Of a stretch of 64,000 nucleotides of DNA, positions 1-8,673 are shown piece after piece. The notes beneath the pieces were generated by a model. That model saw only the letters and a program-made list of their open reading frames with translations. It was not told the DNA's origin and searched no databases. A program made the position numbers and the translations under genes. Numbering within the stretch: position 1 is the first letter of the stretch; every line of letters begins with the position of its first letter. Where the stretch lies: positions 1,056,001 through 1,120,000 of the forward strand of contig CBDBDR010000017.1 in assembly GCA_965203965.1 (NCBI GenBank), given 5' to 3'. This DNA is from Thermodesulfobacteriota bacterium. GTDB taxonomy: Bacteria > Desulfobacterota_D > UBA1144 > Nemesobacterales > JAJCZQ01.

Positions 1-278
1 AGCATGGCAACCCCTTTGGACTGCCCCAATTTGATTGCACTCTTAACGTTCTTTGCAAAAAACATATCCTCTATTGACATTTCCTGAGGTGAATGTGTTT
101 GTATCACCTCCGTCAGGGATAAATATATGATCTGCAATCTTTTGGAAAAACTACACAGCCTGGGAGATGTAATTGCTCCGCTTGCAACGTGCCGCAGTGA
201 ACCGTTATTATTCTCAATAATTCCATATCCGCATGACCTGGATCCCGGGTCAACTCCGATAACTCTTATGCTGTTCAT
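1..278 (-). CDS. ruvC: Holliday junction resolvase RuvC (partial, runs off window start)
   Basis: Manual translation [21 protein letters not shown]...MSIEDMFFAKNVKSAIKLGQSKGVAM has the RuvC GxDPG and E motifs; ATG overlaps the yebC stop (TAATG). Confidence 0.93.
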   Translation of the reverse strand, partial: MNSIRVIGVDPGSRSCGYGIIENNNGSLRHVASGAITSPRLCSFSKRLQIIYLSLTEVIQTHSPQEMSIEDMFFAKNVKSAIKLGQSKGVAM

Positions 279-1024
279 TAACCCAGAGACTCAAGCAGTT
301 CTTCGGATATATCAAAATTGGAATATACACCCTGAACGTCGTCACTATCCTCCAAAGACTCCATCAACCTGACCATGTGTTCAGCTTCCTTGCCTTCAAC
401 TTTGATACTGGTTTTAGGTATCATCGTTACTTCGGCATTCTCATATTCAAAGCCCGCATTCTTTAGTGCAGACCTAACCTCCTCAAAATTTTCAGGGCTT
501 GTAATAACAACCAGATCATTATCCTCATCAATCAAGTCTTCGGCACCTGAATCAATCGCCGTTTCAAACAGGGAATCTTCAGATACAGAATCCCCCTTGA
601 TCAATATCCTGCCTTTCATTTCAAATACCCACGACACACATCCTGACTCACCGAGGTTTCCACCGTTTCTGGTAAATAGTTTCCTGATCTCTGCCACCGT
701 CCTGTTCCTATTGTCCGTCAAGGCACGAACGTAAACTGCACTACCACCGGGACCATATCCTTCATAAAAGATCTCTTGATATTCAACTCCTTCCAACTCT
801 CCCGTTCCCCTTTTTATTGCCCTTTCTATAGTGTCATTGGGCATATTATTATTCTTGGCAGTATTAACCGCGGTTCTGAGCCGTGGATTTGAATCAGTAT
901 CACCACCGCCTTCTTTTGCTGCAATTGTGAGTTCCCTGATTAACTTTGTAAACATCTTACCTCTTTTAGAATCCACGGCAGCTTTTCTATGCTTAATATT
1001 TGCCCACTTGGAATGTCCTGCCAT
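278..1024 (-). CDS. yebC: YebC/PmpR family protein
   Basis: [15 protein letters not shown]-terminus, YEGYGPGG motif; upstream of ruvC. Confidence 0.97.
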   Translation of the reverse strand: MAGHSKWANIKHRKAAVDSKRGKMFTKLIRELTIAAKEGGGDTDSNPRLRTAVNTAKNNNMPNDTIERAIKRGTGELEGVEYQEIFYEGYGPGGSAVYVRALTDNRNRTVAEIRKLFTRNGGNLGESGCVSWVFEMKGRILIKGDSVSEDSLFETAIDSGAEDLIDEDNDLVVITSPENFEEVRSALKNAGFEYENAEVTMIPKTSIKVEGKEAEHMVRLMESLEDSDDVQGVYSNFDISEELLESLG

Positions 1025-1241
1025 AATCTTTCACCTCTTGTGCAGTTTTACTGATGATTATAAACCGATTTTAACTTATCATCAAAGGTAGTCATTGACT
1101 ATTCCACCTGCACCTTGTTGAACCTGAAAGGAAGAGGATAGATATTGCACAAAAACAGCAGTGGAAGTCAGACGCATCACCTCAGACAATATCCTCATAT
1201 AAATCTCTACAATGGGGAAAACCCCTATATCAGCTACTTTT

Positions 1242-1457
1242 TTACTCATAAACTCCCAGTTGCTTCTCAATATGCTTTGTATCTTTCTGACGTTTCTCGC
1301 TCATCTGTTTTACTTCTTCAACATTTCTTCCCATTTCCACAATGGATAAGGAGTCTGCTGTTTTTTCAAGCGGTCTATCCTTTGTAACTGACATGTATTT
1401 CAACGCAAAGATCAATGTCAATACCATCAAGAGCGAGAAAACAAGTAGTTTCAACAT
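1242..1457 (-). CDS. small hypothetical protein with N-terminal hydrophobic helix
   Basis: 71-aa ORF, hydrophobic N-terminus and charged helical tail, GGAAGAG upstream. Confidence 0.55.
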   Translation of the reverse strand: MLKLLVFSLLMVLTLIFALKYMSVTKDRPLEKTADSLSIVEMGRNVEEVKQMSEKRQKDTKHIEKQLGVYE

Positions 1458-1507
1458 TTATGAAACTCTTCCTTGAAAGCAAGTTTTCATAATATAAAAT
1501 ATAATAC

Positions 1508-1762
1508 ATGGGTATAGAAATAGAGGAAATCAAATCTTTGATTGGGTCTGGTATATCCGCGTCCTATATTGACGTAGTCGGCGATGGAACACATTTCAGA
1601 GCGATTGTGGTATCAGATGATTTTGAAAACAAGATCACTTTAGACAGGCACAAACTCGTTTATAAAGCACTCGGTGAATCAATGGTAGAGGATATACACG
1701 CCATTTCGCTGAAAACATACACCCCCGATCAATGGCAGAGTATAAAACAAAAAGGAGAATAA
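1508..1762 (+). CDS. bolA: BolA/IbaG family protein
   Basis: GDGTHF, RHKLVYKALG, DIHAISLKT motifs; paired with monothiol Grx. Confidence 0.92.
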   Translation: MGIEIEEIKSLIGSGISASYIDVVGDGTHFRAIVVSDDFENKITLDRHKLVYKALGESMVEDIHAISLKTYTPDQWQSIKQKGE

Positions 1763-1764
1763 AA

Positions 1765-2079
1765 TTGTCAGATAAAACACAGGAAAGATTAAAAGATCAG
1801 ATTAAAAACAATAAAATAATTCTATACATGAAAGGTTCACGGGAAACGCCGATGTGCGGTTTTTCAGGAAGAGTCGTAAAACTACTTGACTCCTACGGTG
1901 TGAACTATGAAACCGTTGACGTTCTTTTAGATGAAGAGATCAGGCAGGGGATAAAAGAACTTTCAAACTGGCCGACAATCCCCCAGCTATACGTAAATGG
2001 TCAGTTCGTTGGCGGGTGTGACATCTGTGAAGAGATGCACTTCAACGGTGAACTGGAAACTGTTGTTAAATCTGCCTGA
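1765..2079 (+). CDS. grxD: monothiol glutaredoxin Grx4
   Basis: PMCGFS active site, WPTIPQLY, GGCD; TTG start after GGAG. Confidence 0.95.
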   Translation: MSDKTQERLKDQIKNNKIILYMKGSRETPMCGFSGRVVKLLDSYGVNYETVDVLLDEEIRQGIKELSNWPTIPQLYVNGQFVGGCDICEEMHFNGELETVVKSA

Positions 2080-2114
2080 ACTTCATACCTGAAACAGTTC
2101 TGCAATATCACAAA

Positions 2115-2237
2115 TTACTTATTGCACTTGCATGAACAATTACAATCGGCACATTTGCAATCAGATGGCTCACAGTCGCAAGACTCACAGTTACAGTCTT
2201 CACAACCACATCTTGATTCTACAAGTAATTTTTTCAT
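2115..2237 (-). CDS. metallothionein-like 40-aa protein (12 Cys, six CxC)
   Basis: Manual translation MKKLLVESRCGCEDCNCESCDCEPSDCKCADCNCSCKCNK*; SD GGAGGC 8 nt upstream; below the ORF-track length cutoff. Confidence 0.85.
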   Translation of the reverse strand: MKKLLVESRCGCEDCNCESCDCEPSDCKCADCNCSCKCNK

Positions 2238-2410
2238 AACTATTCGCCTCCATTAGTAACATAACCAAAAAAGCTGAAATTAACAATAAGGTTACGGAAT
2301 CACCTCTAAATCTCTACAATTCTCATCAAAGTAAACAAACTTGTGTGCGGGGATAAATCTTTCGCAGGATTCGCAGGAATAGGAACTGGATACCTGATAA
2401 AAACATTCAG

Positions 2411-2554
2411 TAATGGCAGAGAAGGAAATTCCCCTTCCCTGAAGGGGTGGTCTTGAGATAATATGAGCAGAAGAAACTCGGATTAGAGAGATCTTTTGGC
2501 GGAATTATTGACGCCTTAAATGGGATTTAATCGGCATTTAACAAGGGTTTATTC
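2411..2554 (+). repeat. partial REP-like hairpin unit plus conserved ~100-bp linker
   Basis: ATTCCCCTTCCCTGAAGGGGTGG at 2428-2450 is identical to 43028-43050; the following sequence aligns with 13460-13570. Confidence 0.75.
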
Positions 2555-2642
2555 CCCGTTTGAATTTCTTAAAAGTGAGAGCAAAAATAGGGGTAAATTT
2601 CAATTTTTATCTCATTTTGCCATTTTAGTTGTCCCGTTATAC

Positions 2643-3470
2643 TTACGCTTTGACCCTGTTCGCATCTACCAGATCCCTTAAACCTTCTCCCAGCAAGTTG
2701 AATGAAAAAGCAGTTATAAAAATTGCCAAACTTGGAAATAATATGAGATGCGGGAACGTCCTTATTCCCTGCCAACCAGTACTTGCCAAGGTTCCCCAGC
2801 TTGACTCCGGGGGCGCAATACCAAGCCCGAGAAAGCTGAGAGTAGACTCCGCAAGTATGGCATAAGGTATGCAAAACGTGATAGTTACAATTATTGAACC
2901 GAGTATATTCGGCAGAATATGCCTTGAAAATATTCTGAATGGCTTAGCACCTAATGCACGTGCTGATTCAACGTATTCAAATGATTTAACTTGTAGCACA
3001 CCAGCCCTGACTATCCTTGCAACTCTCATCCATGAAGTGAAGCCAAGTGCAATAACAATTCCCAATACCCCCTTACCGATCACCAGGGTCAGTAGCACTA
3101 TTACAAGTATATCCGGCAGAGAATAGAATATATCCACTACCCTCATTAAAACCTCGTCCGTCTTTCCTCCGATATAACCCGAAAGAGCACCATAAGCCGT
3201 GCCAATTATCAAGGCAAAAAGAGCGGTCGCTATGGCAACTGTGATTGACACCCGTGAACCGTATATTATGCGGCTCAGCATATCCCTGCCCTCCTGATCA
3301 GTACCCATGATGTGCTTTGAATCTGGAGATTGCAGAGTATTTGAAAAATCAACTTCATCATACCCATAGGGTGCGATATACGGAGCGGCAACGGCAATAA
3401 GTAAAATGATCAGAATAATAGCTGAAGAAATTATAATTTGAGCTTTTAAAGAGGTTTTTTTATTTCTCAT
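2643..3470 (-). CDS. oligo/dipeptide ABC transporter permease (OppC/DppC family)
   Basis: HIMGTDQEGRDMLSRIIYG and EYVESARALGA (EAA loop) motifs. Confidence 0.92.
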   Translation of the reverse strand: MRNKKTSLKAQIIISSAIILIILLIAVAAPYIAPYGYDEVDFSNTLQSPDSKHIMGTDQEGRDMLSRIIYGSRVSITVAIATALFALIIGTAYGALSGYIGGKTDEVLMRVVDIFYSLPDILVIVLLTLVIGKGVLGIVIALGFTSWMRVARIVRAGVLQVKSFEYVESARALGAKPFRIFSRHILPNILGSIIVTITFCIPYAILAESTLSFLGLGIAPPESSWGTLASTGWQGIRTFPHLILFPSLAIFITAFSFNLLGEGLRDLVDANRVKA

Positions 3471-3816
3471 ATTTTGCCCTGATAATGGTTTTAATACCTC
3501 CCCTTATATTGAAATCCCCAATTACTTCAGTTTTTAGTGGTTTACATACCTTCACAATGTCATCTAGGATTTTGTTTGTTACATGCTCATGAAACTCTCC
3601 AACTTCCCTGTATGAAAACATGTAGAGCTTGAGGGATCTAAGCTCTATACAGAGCTTATCTGGAACATATTTAATATGTATAGTTGCAAAATCAGGCTGT
3701 CCGGTCTTGGGGCAGACACAAGTAAACTCAGGACAGCTAATATCAATTTCATACTTTCTGCCCTCATGTTGGTTTTGAAAAGTTTCAAGGATGCCAGACT
3801 GATCTTTTTCAGGCAT
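3460..3816 (-). CDS. queF: preQ1 synthase (7-cyano-7-deazaguanine reductase)
   Basis: PEFTCVCPKTGQPDFA, ELRSLKLY, FHE, RGGI motifs. Confidence 0.96.
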   Translation of the reverse strand: MPEKDQSGILETFQNQHEGRKYEIDISCPEFTCVCPKTGQPDFATIHIKYVPDKLCIELRSLKLYMFSYREVGEFHEHVTNKILDDIVKVCKPLKTEVIGDFNIRGGIKTIIRAKYEK

Positions 3817-3818
3817 GG

Positions 3819-3998
3819 TCAGGAGTGAGCTGATATTTCAATTTCATAACCACTCTTAGTTTTTTTCACACGCCTGGGATCGTAACTACTAGTTACATAG
3901 ACCATACCTCTATCGGCAAACTCTTTTATTTTTTTGCTTACCAGTTTTTTAAGACCATCCCTTGACTTGGAAACAACAGTTACAGTTTTAGCAGGCAT
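3819..3998 (-). CDS. hypothetical basic 59-aa protein
   Basis: Manual translation MPAKTVTVVSKSRDGLKKLVSKKIKEFADRGMVYVTSSYDPRRVKKTKSGYEIEISAHS*; AGGGG SD; stop 2 nt before queF ATG. Confidence 0.7.
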   Translation of the reverse strand: MPAKTVTVVSKSRDGLKKLVSKKIKEFADRGMVYVTSSYDPRRVKKTKSGYEIEISAHS

Positions 3999-4119
3999 AA
4001 TTTTCCCCTATCAACAAATTTTTGTAGATTCTATCTGAATGCTTATATCAGTCAAAAAAACCAAACAGGGATCTTTATTTACAAATGTTAAACTTTACCG
4101 TGAATTTACATTTGTTAGT

Positions 4120-4147
4120 TTGACTTAACTATCGTTTTTGCAATAAT
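4120..4147 (+). promoter_or_regulatory. putative sigma70 promoter of tRNA-Gln
   Basis: TTGACT-16 nt-AATAAT with extended TGn, 12 nt before the tRNA. Confidence 0.5.
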
Positions 4148-4159
4148 AAAAACTGCTCA

Positions 4160-4233
4160 TGGGGCATCGTATAACGGCAGTACAGCGGACTCTGGATCCG
4201 CAAGTCTAGGTTCGAATCCTAGTGCCCCAGCCA
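4160..4233 (+). tRNA. tRNA-Gln(CTG)
   Basis: Cloverleaf: TGGGGCA/TGCCCCA acceptor stem, GCGGA-CTCTGGA-TCCGC anticodon arm, GGTTCGAATCC T-arm, encoded CCA. Confidence 0.97.
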
Positions 4234-4321
4234 TTTTGGTAATACAATCTTATCGTTGCGGAAATCACATTTACTCTATTCAATTCCAAAGGTAAAATTG
4301 ACGGGTAAAGGAGGAAGCACA

Positions 4322-4612
4322 ATGAGTATTGGAATAATCGTAGAAGCAAGGATCAAAACTGATATGATCGAGGAGATCAAGCAGTGGTTTGCTGATAATC
4401 TCACGGACACTCGTAATTTTGATGGTTGTGAAAGCATAAGCGTTTTTTCAGATGAAGAAGATCCAACTTTGATGTTCTTAGTTGAAAGATGGAGAGCAAA
4501 AGAGGATTATGAAAAGTATCATCACTGGCGTGTGGAAAATGGCAGTTTGGATCAACTTCGCAAATGTCTGGATGGAAAACCCAGAAGAAATTTCCTGAAT
4601 ATAGTATCGTGA
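4322..4612 (+). CDS. antibiotic biosynthesis monooxygenase (ABM) family protein
   Basis: TRNFDGC...FLVERW...YEKY pattern; GGAGG SD before ATG 4322. Confidence 0.8.
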   Translation: MSIGIIVEARIKTDMIEEIKQWFADNLTDTRNFDGCESISVFSDEEDPTLMFLVERWRAKEDYEKYHHWRVENGSLDQLRKCLDGKPRRNFLNIVS

Positions 4613-4876
4613 TCAGGGATGTAATTGCTGATATTTGCCAATTATCTCAAAACCCTCTTTGGATATTTGGTAAATATCATTGTCGTCGGGAAATCTTGTA
4701 TCCCCTTCAATCAGTTCAACAAGTTTTTTTTGTATTAAAAGATTGAACATTTCCCTATCGTTGAAATCTTTTGCAAGAAATAAAGCGGATCTCATATCCT
4801 TGCGGGTTATTTTATTACTGTAGGCATAGCCATTGATCAATTCAATTGCCGGCTTTATAAATCCTTCAATGCTCAT
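4613..4876 (-). CDS. hypothetical protein (possible winged-helix)
   Basis: 87-aa ORF with LIQKKLVE...YQISKEG pattern. Confidence 0.55.
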   Translation of the reverse strand: MSIEGFIKPAIELINGYAYSNKITRKDMRSALFLAKDFNDREMFNLLIQKKLVELIEGDTRFPDDNDIYQISKEGFEIIGKYQQLHP

Positions 4877-5002
4877 AAGTTCTGTTTCTTAATATAAATT
4901 ATACCTTTCGGAATGTAAATATTTAAACAACTTCCTTGCCAGATCAAAACAGATGAGGAAGTTTTATTGAAGATCTATGCCGTTAATTGGGTACTACTAC
5001 AA

Positions 5003-5404
5003 GTGAACTTAATCAATTTCCTGAGATCCAAATTTACCAAAGCAAACACTGATAAGAGCCCTCATATTGACTTGGGAGAGTCAATTGCATGCAGGTTCCT
5101 AAAGAAAAACGGATATAAAATACTGGAAAAAAACCATCGTTGCAGATACGGTGAAATTGATATTATTGCAAGAGAAAAAGAAGCACTGTGTTTTATTGAG
5201 GTCAAATCCAGAAAAAGCACACGCTTTGGTTTGCCAGAAGAATACGTTGATGCAAGAAAACAAAAAAAACTCTTGAAAACAGCCCTGTCATACCTTCGTA
5301 AAAATGAAAACCCAGACATTGATATGAGGTTTGACGTAATATCAGTTGATCTGAAAAAAAATACCTGTCGTAATATTAAAAATGCCTTTGATGCACAAGG
5401 GTAA
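5003..5404 (+). CDS. yraN: YraN/UPF0102 family PD-(D/E)xK nuclease-like protein
   Basis: GESIACRFLKKNGYKILEKN, GEIDIIA, FIEVKSR, RFDVI; start uncertain. Confidence 0.9.
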   Translation: MNLINFLRSKFTKANTDKSPHIDLGESIACRFLKKNGYKILEKNHRCRYGEIDIIAREKEALCFIEVKSRKSTRFGLPEEYVDARKQKKLLKTALSYLRKNENPDIDMRFDVISVDLKKNTCRNIKNAFDAQG

Positions 5405-5459
5405 ACATTAGGTTACGGTTTACCGGGTTTTAACTATTAACTTCGGAACAATATAAGTC

Positions 5460-5897
5460 TTATTCTTGTTTCTGGAGACTGACTACGGGTAATTCTTCCT
5501 CTACTCCTTCCTGTTCATGCCAAACATTAAACTTACATTGAATAACTGCTCCTTTCTCCACTTCAATATATTGAGCCTCAATAACACTATCACCATCACT
5601 TTCCAAAGTGGCAGTTCCTTTGACCTCTAAGTACTGTGTCTTGATTGACCCTTTGGCTTTTCCAAAAACCGTTAATTTTGATGAAGTAATATTCCCAATG
5701 ACAAGACCTCTCTCACCAATGACAAGATTGTTTTCAAGGTTTATATCACCCTCAAAAACACCGTCCACCCTGACTGAAGAATTTGTCGTGAGTTTTCCCC
5801 CAAAAGAAACTCCCTCTCCAATAATTGTATCTATAACCCTTCCATCACCATTGGATTTTCTCTTCCTGAGCAATTTTCTAATCATATCACTAATCAT
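5460..5897 (-). CDS. bactofilin (polymer-forming cytoskeletal protein)
   Basis: TIIGEG...VRVDGVFEGDI...LVIGERG beta-helix repeats; downstream of an M23 peptidase. Confidence 0.9.
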   Translation of the reverse strand: MISDMIRKLLRKRKSNGDGRVIDTIIGEGVSFGGKLTTNSSVRVDGVFEGDINLENNLVIGERGLVIGNITSSKLTVFGKAKGSIKTQYLEVKGTATLESDGDSVIEAQYIEVEKGAVIQCKFNVWHEQEGVEEELPVVSLQKQE

Positions 5898-5903
5898 AGT
5901 AGA

Positions 5904-6755
5904 TCAACCTATGTTTAAATATTTTTTTGGATTTACTTTTTTACCCTTCTTTATAACTTCATAATGCAAATGCGGTCCTGTTGATCTACCGGTTGAACCT
6001 ATTTCACCGACCTTTTCCCCGCATAATACCTTCTGACCCTTGACAACATTTATCTTGGAAAGATGTCCATAAAGTGTTTTATACCCGTTCTCATGTTTTA
6101 TAACTACACTCTTCCCGTATCCCCCTTTCCAACCTGCAATCTCAACCACACCATCTGCCGTTGATTTTACGGGTTCTCCATAGGGTGGAGAAAAATCCAC
6201 GCCCGAATGAAATGCTCTCTTTTTCTTGAAAGGGTCTATTCTGTAACCGTAATTGGAACTTACGGGGCCATCAACTGGCACTCCCAAAGGGTATACACGA
6301 AGGATACTGCTTAAATCTTTAATACCATTGCTGATTGAATCTATGTACTCATCACTTAGCTTCTCAGAATCATTAGACTGCAAATAAGTTCCTCCGATGA
6401 AAAAACTTTCACCTATCCCTTTTTGCTCTAACAGTTTTTTCATGTCAGCCAGATTTTTTTCCAATTCCTGCAGCTTTATCACCAAATTTTCCGTATCCAA
6501 TTTGCCATCTTCTTCTCCGTCATTATCTTCAGTATCTTTACAGGAAAGAAGTTGCACACTGGATTGCGAACTGACCTGTGGAACGTCATTAACCGTGTAT
6601 TCACTCGGCAAAAAATGGGAATAAAGTAAAACTCCAGAAAAACACACAACTACAGCAAAAATAACTAAAGCAAACACAACTGAACCAATGTCTATATGTA
6701 TTGAAGGATTTTTCCCACCAGAAACTAATAAAATACTTATATTGCTCTTTTTCAT
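5904..6755 (-). CDS. M23 family metallopeptidase
   Basis: HSGVD, YGHL, GRSTGPHLHYE motifs; TM helix and coiled coil N-terminal. Confidence 0.93.
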   Translation of the reverse strand: MKKSNISILLVSGGKNPSIHIDIGSVVFALVIFAVVVCFSGVLLYSHFLPSEYTVNDVPQVSSQSSVQLLSCKDTEDNDGEEDGKLDTENLVIKLQELEKNLADMKKLLEQKGIGESFFIGGTYLQSNDSEKLSDEYIDSISNGIKDLSSILRVYPLGVPVDGPVSSNYGYRIDPFKKKRAFHSGVDFSPPYGEPVKSTADGVVEIAGWKGGYGKSVVIKHENGYKTLYGHLSKINVVKGQKVLCGEKVGEIGSTGRSTGPHLHYEVIKKGKKVNPKKYLNIG

Positions 6756-6845
6756 CTTTAATATTATCTTTTAGCTTTAAATTTAGACCTCACAAAATCT
6801 AAGGTGAGCACACTAGATACTATTGCATTATTATCAAAATGCAAA

Positions 6846-7853
6846 TCAAGAAAAGTTATCAAGAACTTTATTGAAAAAACTGCTCTCAAGCATAAGTATA
6901 AACTCGGCATTCTGTGAAACTGATATAAAATGGCTTTTTACAGAATCTCTCTCGCTTATATTTTTCAGTTTTGCAGAAATTTTGCTCCACTCCACGCCAA
7001 TTTTATCCATGTCAGGAACCAAACCCAGTTTGACAATGAGGGGACACACGTCACTCATTTCGTTTAAAAAATCCCTGTATATCCACCTGAAACCGGCACC
7101 GTCAACCCCTCGTTTGCTTATGACTTGATAGGCAAACCTAGATGACCATTTCCAATCTTCAAGATCTGCCCAGCCCGGTAGATCTTCTGCCCACAATTTA
7201 ATAACGTCCAGCCCGCTTTTACCTCTCGGATTTTCAGAGCCGTTGACCATAAGTTCAGCATTTTTCCTTATTGCCTCCGGAACAACTTTATTCAAATCTA
7301 TGCTCTTACTATCTAAAACCACTTTAATATTATTGTTTCTGAGCGGGTAGGGTTGCTGCTTTGAACTTCTAGATATATCCAACTTTTCAAAGGAAACTTC
7401 CATCAGATCATCAAATGCGGTATCTGAAAGGTAAAAAATACCCCTTTCATCATCATACCCGCAGACAACAACGATATGACCCGGAAAATGTGTATTGGAG
7501 TTATAATAATCAAGGTAAAATATGTCCGTCTGGATCAGCACGGGAATACCATTATTTATGCTTTCAATAAGATCATCTGATGCCTTGCCGGGATTGTCTT
7601 CGTAGCTCCAGTCAATAATACCCATACCAAAATGATTAAAGAAATTCACCTCCATACCGGGGCCACGCAAATGTATTGACCTTGTCGGACTTGCCGATTC
7701 GTTTATCAAGTAATAAAACCCAAGACCACTTCCAAGTCCAAAGCATGTTTCTTCAGAATACCGCAAGCCGTAAAAATTCATCACGTCCCTTATCGCAACG
7801 GAACCGCAGTGCATTCCCGGCAGATGTTTCCAGTTCTTCAATAACTTTTTCAT
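6846..7853 (-). CDS. BtrH N-terminal domain / DUF4872 protein (papain-like fold)
   Basis: HCGS, FGLGSGLGF, FPGHIVVVCGYD, GAGFRWIYRDFL motifs. Confidence 0.75.
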   Translation of the reverse strand: MKKLLKNWKHLPGMHCGSVAIRDVMNFYGLRYSEETCFGLGSGLGFYYLINESASPTRSIHLRGPGMEVNFFNHFGMGIIDWSYEDNPGKASDDLIESINNGIPVLIQTDIFYLDYYNSNTHFPGHIVVVCGYDDERGIFYLSDTAFDDLMEVSFEKLDISRSSKQQPYPLRNNNIKVVLDSKSIDLNKVVPEAIRKNAELMVNGSENPRGKSGLDVIKLWAEDLPGWADLEDWKWSSRFAYQVISKRGVDGAGFRWIYRDFLNEMSDVCPLIVKLGLVPDMDKIGVEWSKISAKLKNISERDSVKSHFISVSQNAEFILMLESSFFNKVLDNFS

Positions 7854-7971
7854 AAAAAAATCAACTCTAGAAAAAATAACTCCAGTAACAACCTAAACGA
7901 TCATTATCAATAAAACTATAGAGGGTATAAAGAACGGGTAAAACAAAATTGTGGTTAGTAAGCAAAAAACC

Positions 7972-8595
7972 TTACCGTTTAATTAAGCCTTTATTCTCTG
8001 TCTTACGAAGTAGTGAAAGCAAGATCACCATGATATTCAAAATGACCCAAGATGACAATATGACCGCGGTGGTAACTTTGAAAAAGATCCTTGGCATAAT
8101 GTAGTATAAAGTGTCTTTCCTCGTTACTATCCACAGATCATTATCAAACAAAAGGGGGTGAAAAACATTTATCCAGAAAGTTTTGAAATTCGGCATTACA
8201 AGCAACACAATAAAAAGGCAAATTGCAACAAGAACGTTCACGGCGGCAAACTTATAGAACCTCGGCACCTTGCGTCTTAATATCAAGAGTATAACAACTG
8301 CCAAAGCGGCAAGAATAAACATTACATCCATCATTACCCTCACCTCATCCAGATGTAGCTTCTCGTTTTCCCTCCATTGATTGCCCAGGTCATCCCTATG
8401 AGCAAGGAAGGAGGTAAGATTATCTATAGCCTTGCCGGCTTTTTCATAACCTATCTTCTCACACCGCTGGTGTAAGTTGTTGCATCCATATTTTACCCAG
8501 TAGGGATTGTAGGAGGTCAATACAAATGGCACGTAGAAGGTTACATAGAACAACGATACAAAAACCAGTAGATTCTTGGTCAGGTTTATGATCAT
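7972..8595 (-). CDS. DUF1461 / lipoprotein intramolecular transacylase (Lit)-like membrane protein
   Basis: Four TM helices; EKLHLDEV and FHPLLFDNDLW motifs. Confidence 0.72.
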   Translation of the reverse strand: MIINLTKNLLVFVSLFYVTFYVPFVLTSYNPYWVKYGCNNLHQRCEKIGYEKAGKAIDNLTSFLAHRDDLGNQWRENEKLHLDEVRVMMDVMFILAALAVVILLILRRKVPRFYKFAAVNVLVAICLFIVLLVMPNFKTFWINVFHPLLFDNDLWIVTRKDTLYYIMPRIFFKVTTAVILSSWVILNIMVILLSLLRKTENKGLIKR

Positions 8596-8673
8596 TTCAC
8601 AGTATTGAAAAGGTGAGCGTTCAATCTGATGTTATAAGTTCAGACAGCAGATATAATACAAAGTTTAATAGAG

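Noticed and set aside
1200..2320. Identical 14-mer TAAATCTCTACAAT at 1200-1213 and 2307-2320
   Set aside because: Non-palindromic, only two copies, and such matches are expected by chance in AT-rich 64 kb; it might be a promoter piece but this is unsupported.
4160..4900. tRNA-Gln as an integration site for an island
   Set aside because: No integrase and no duplicated tRNA 3' end noticed in the window.
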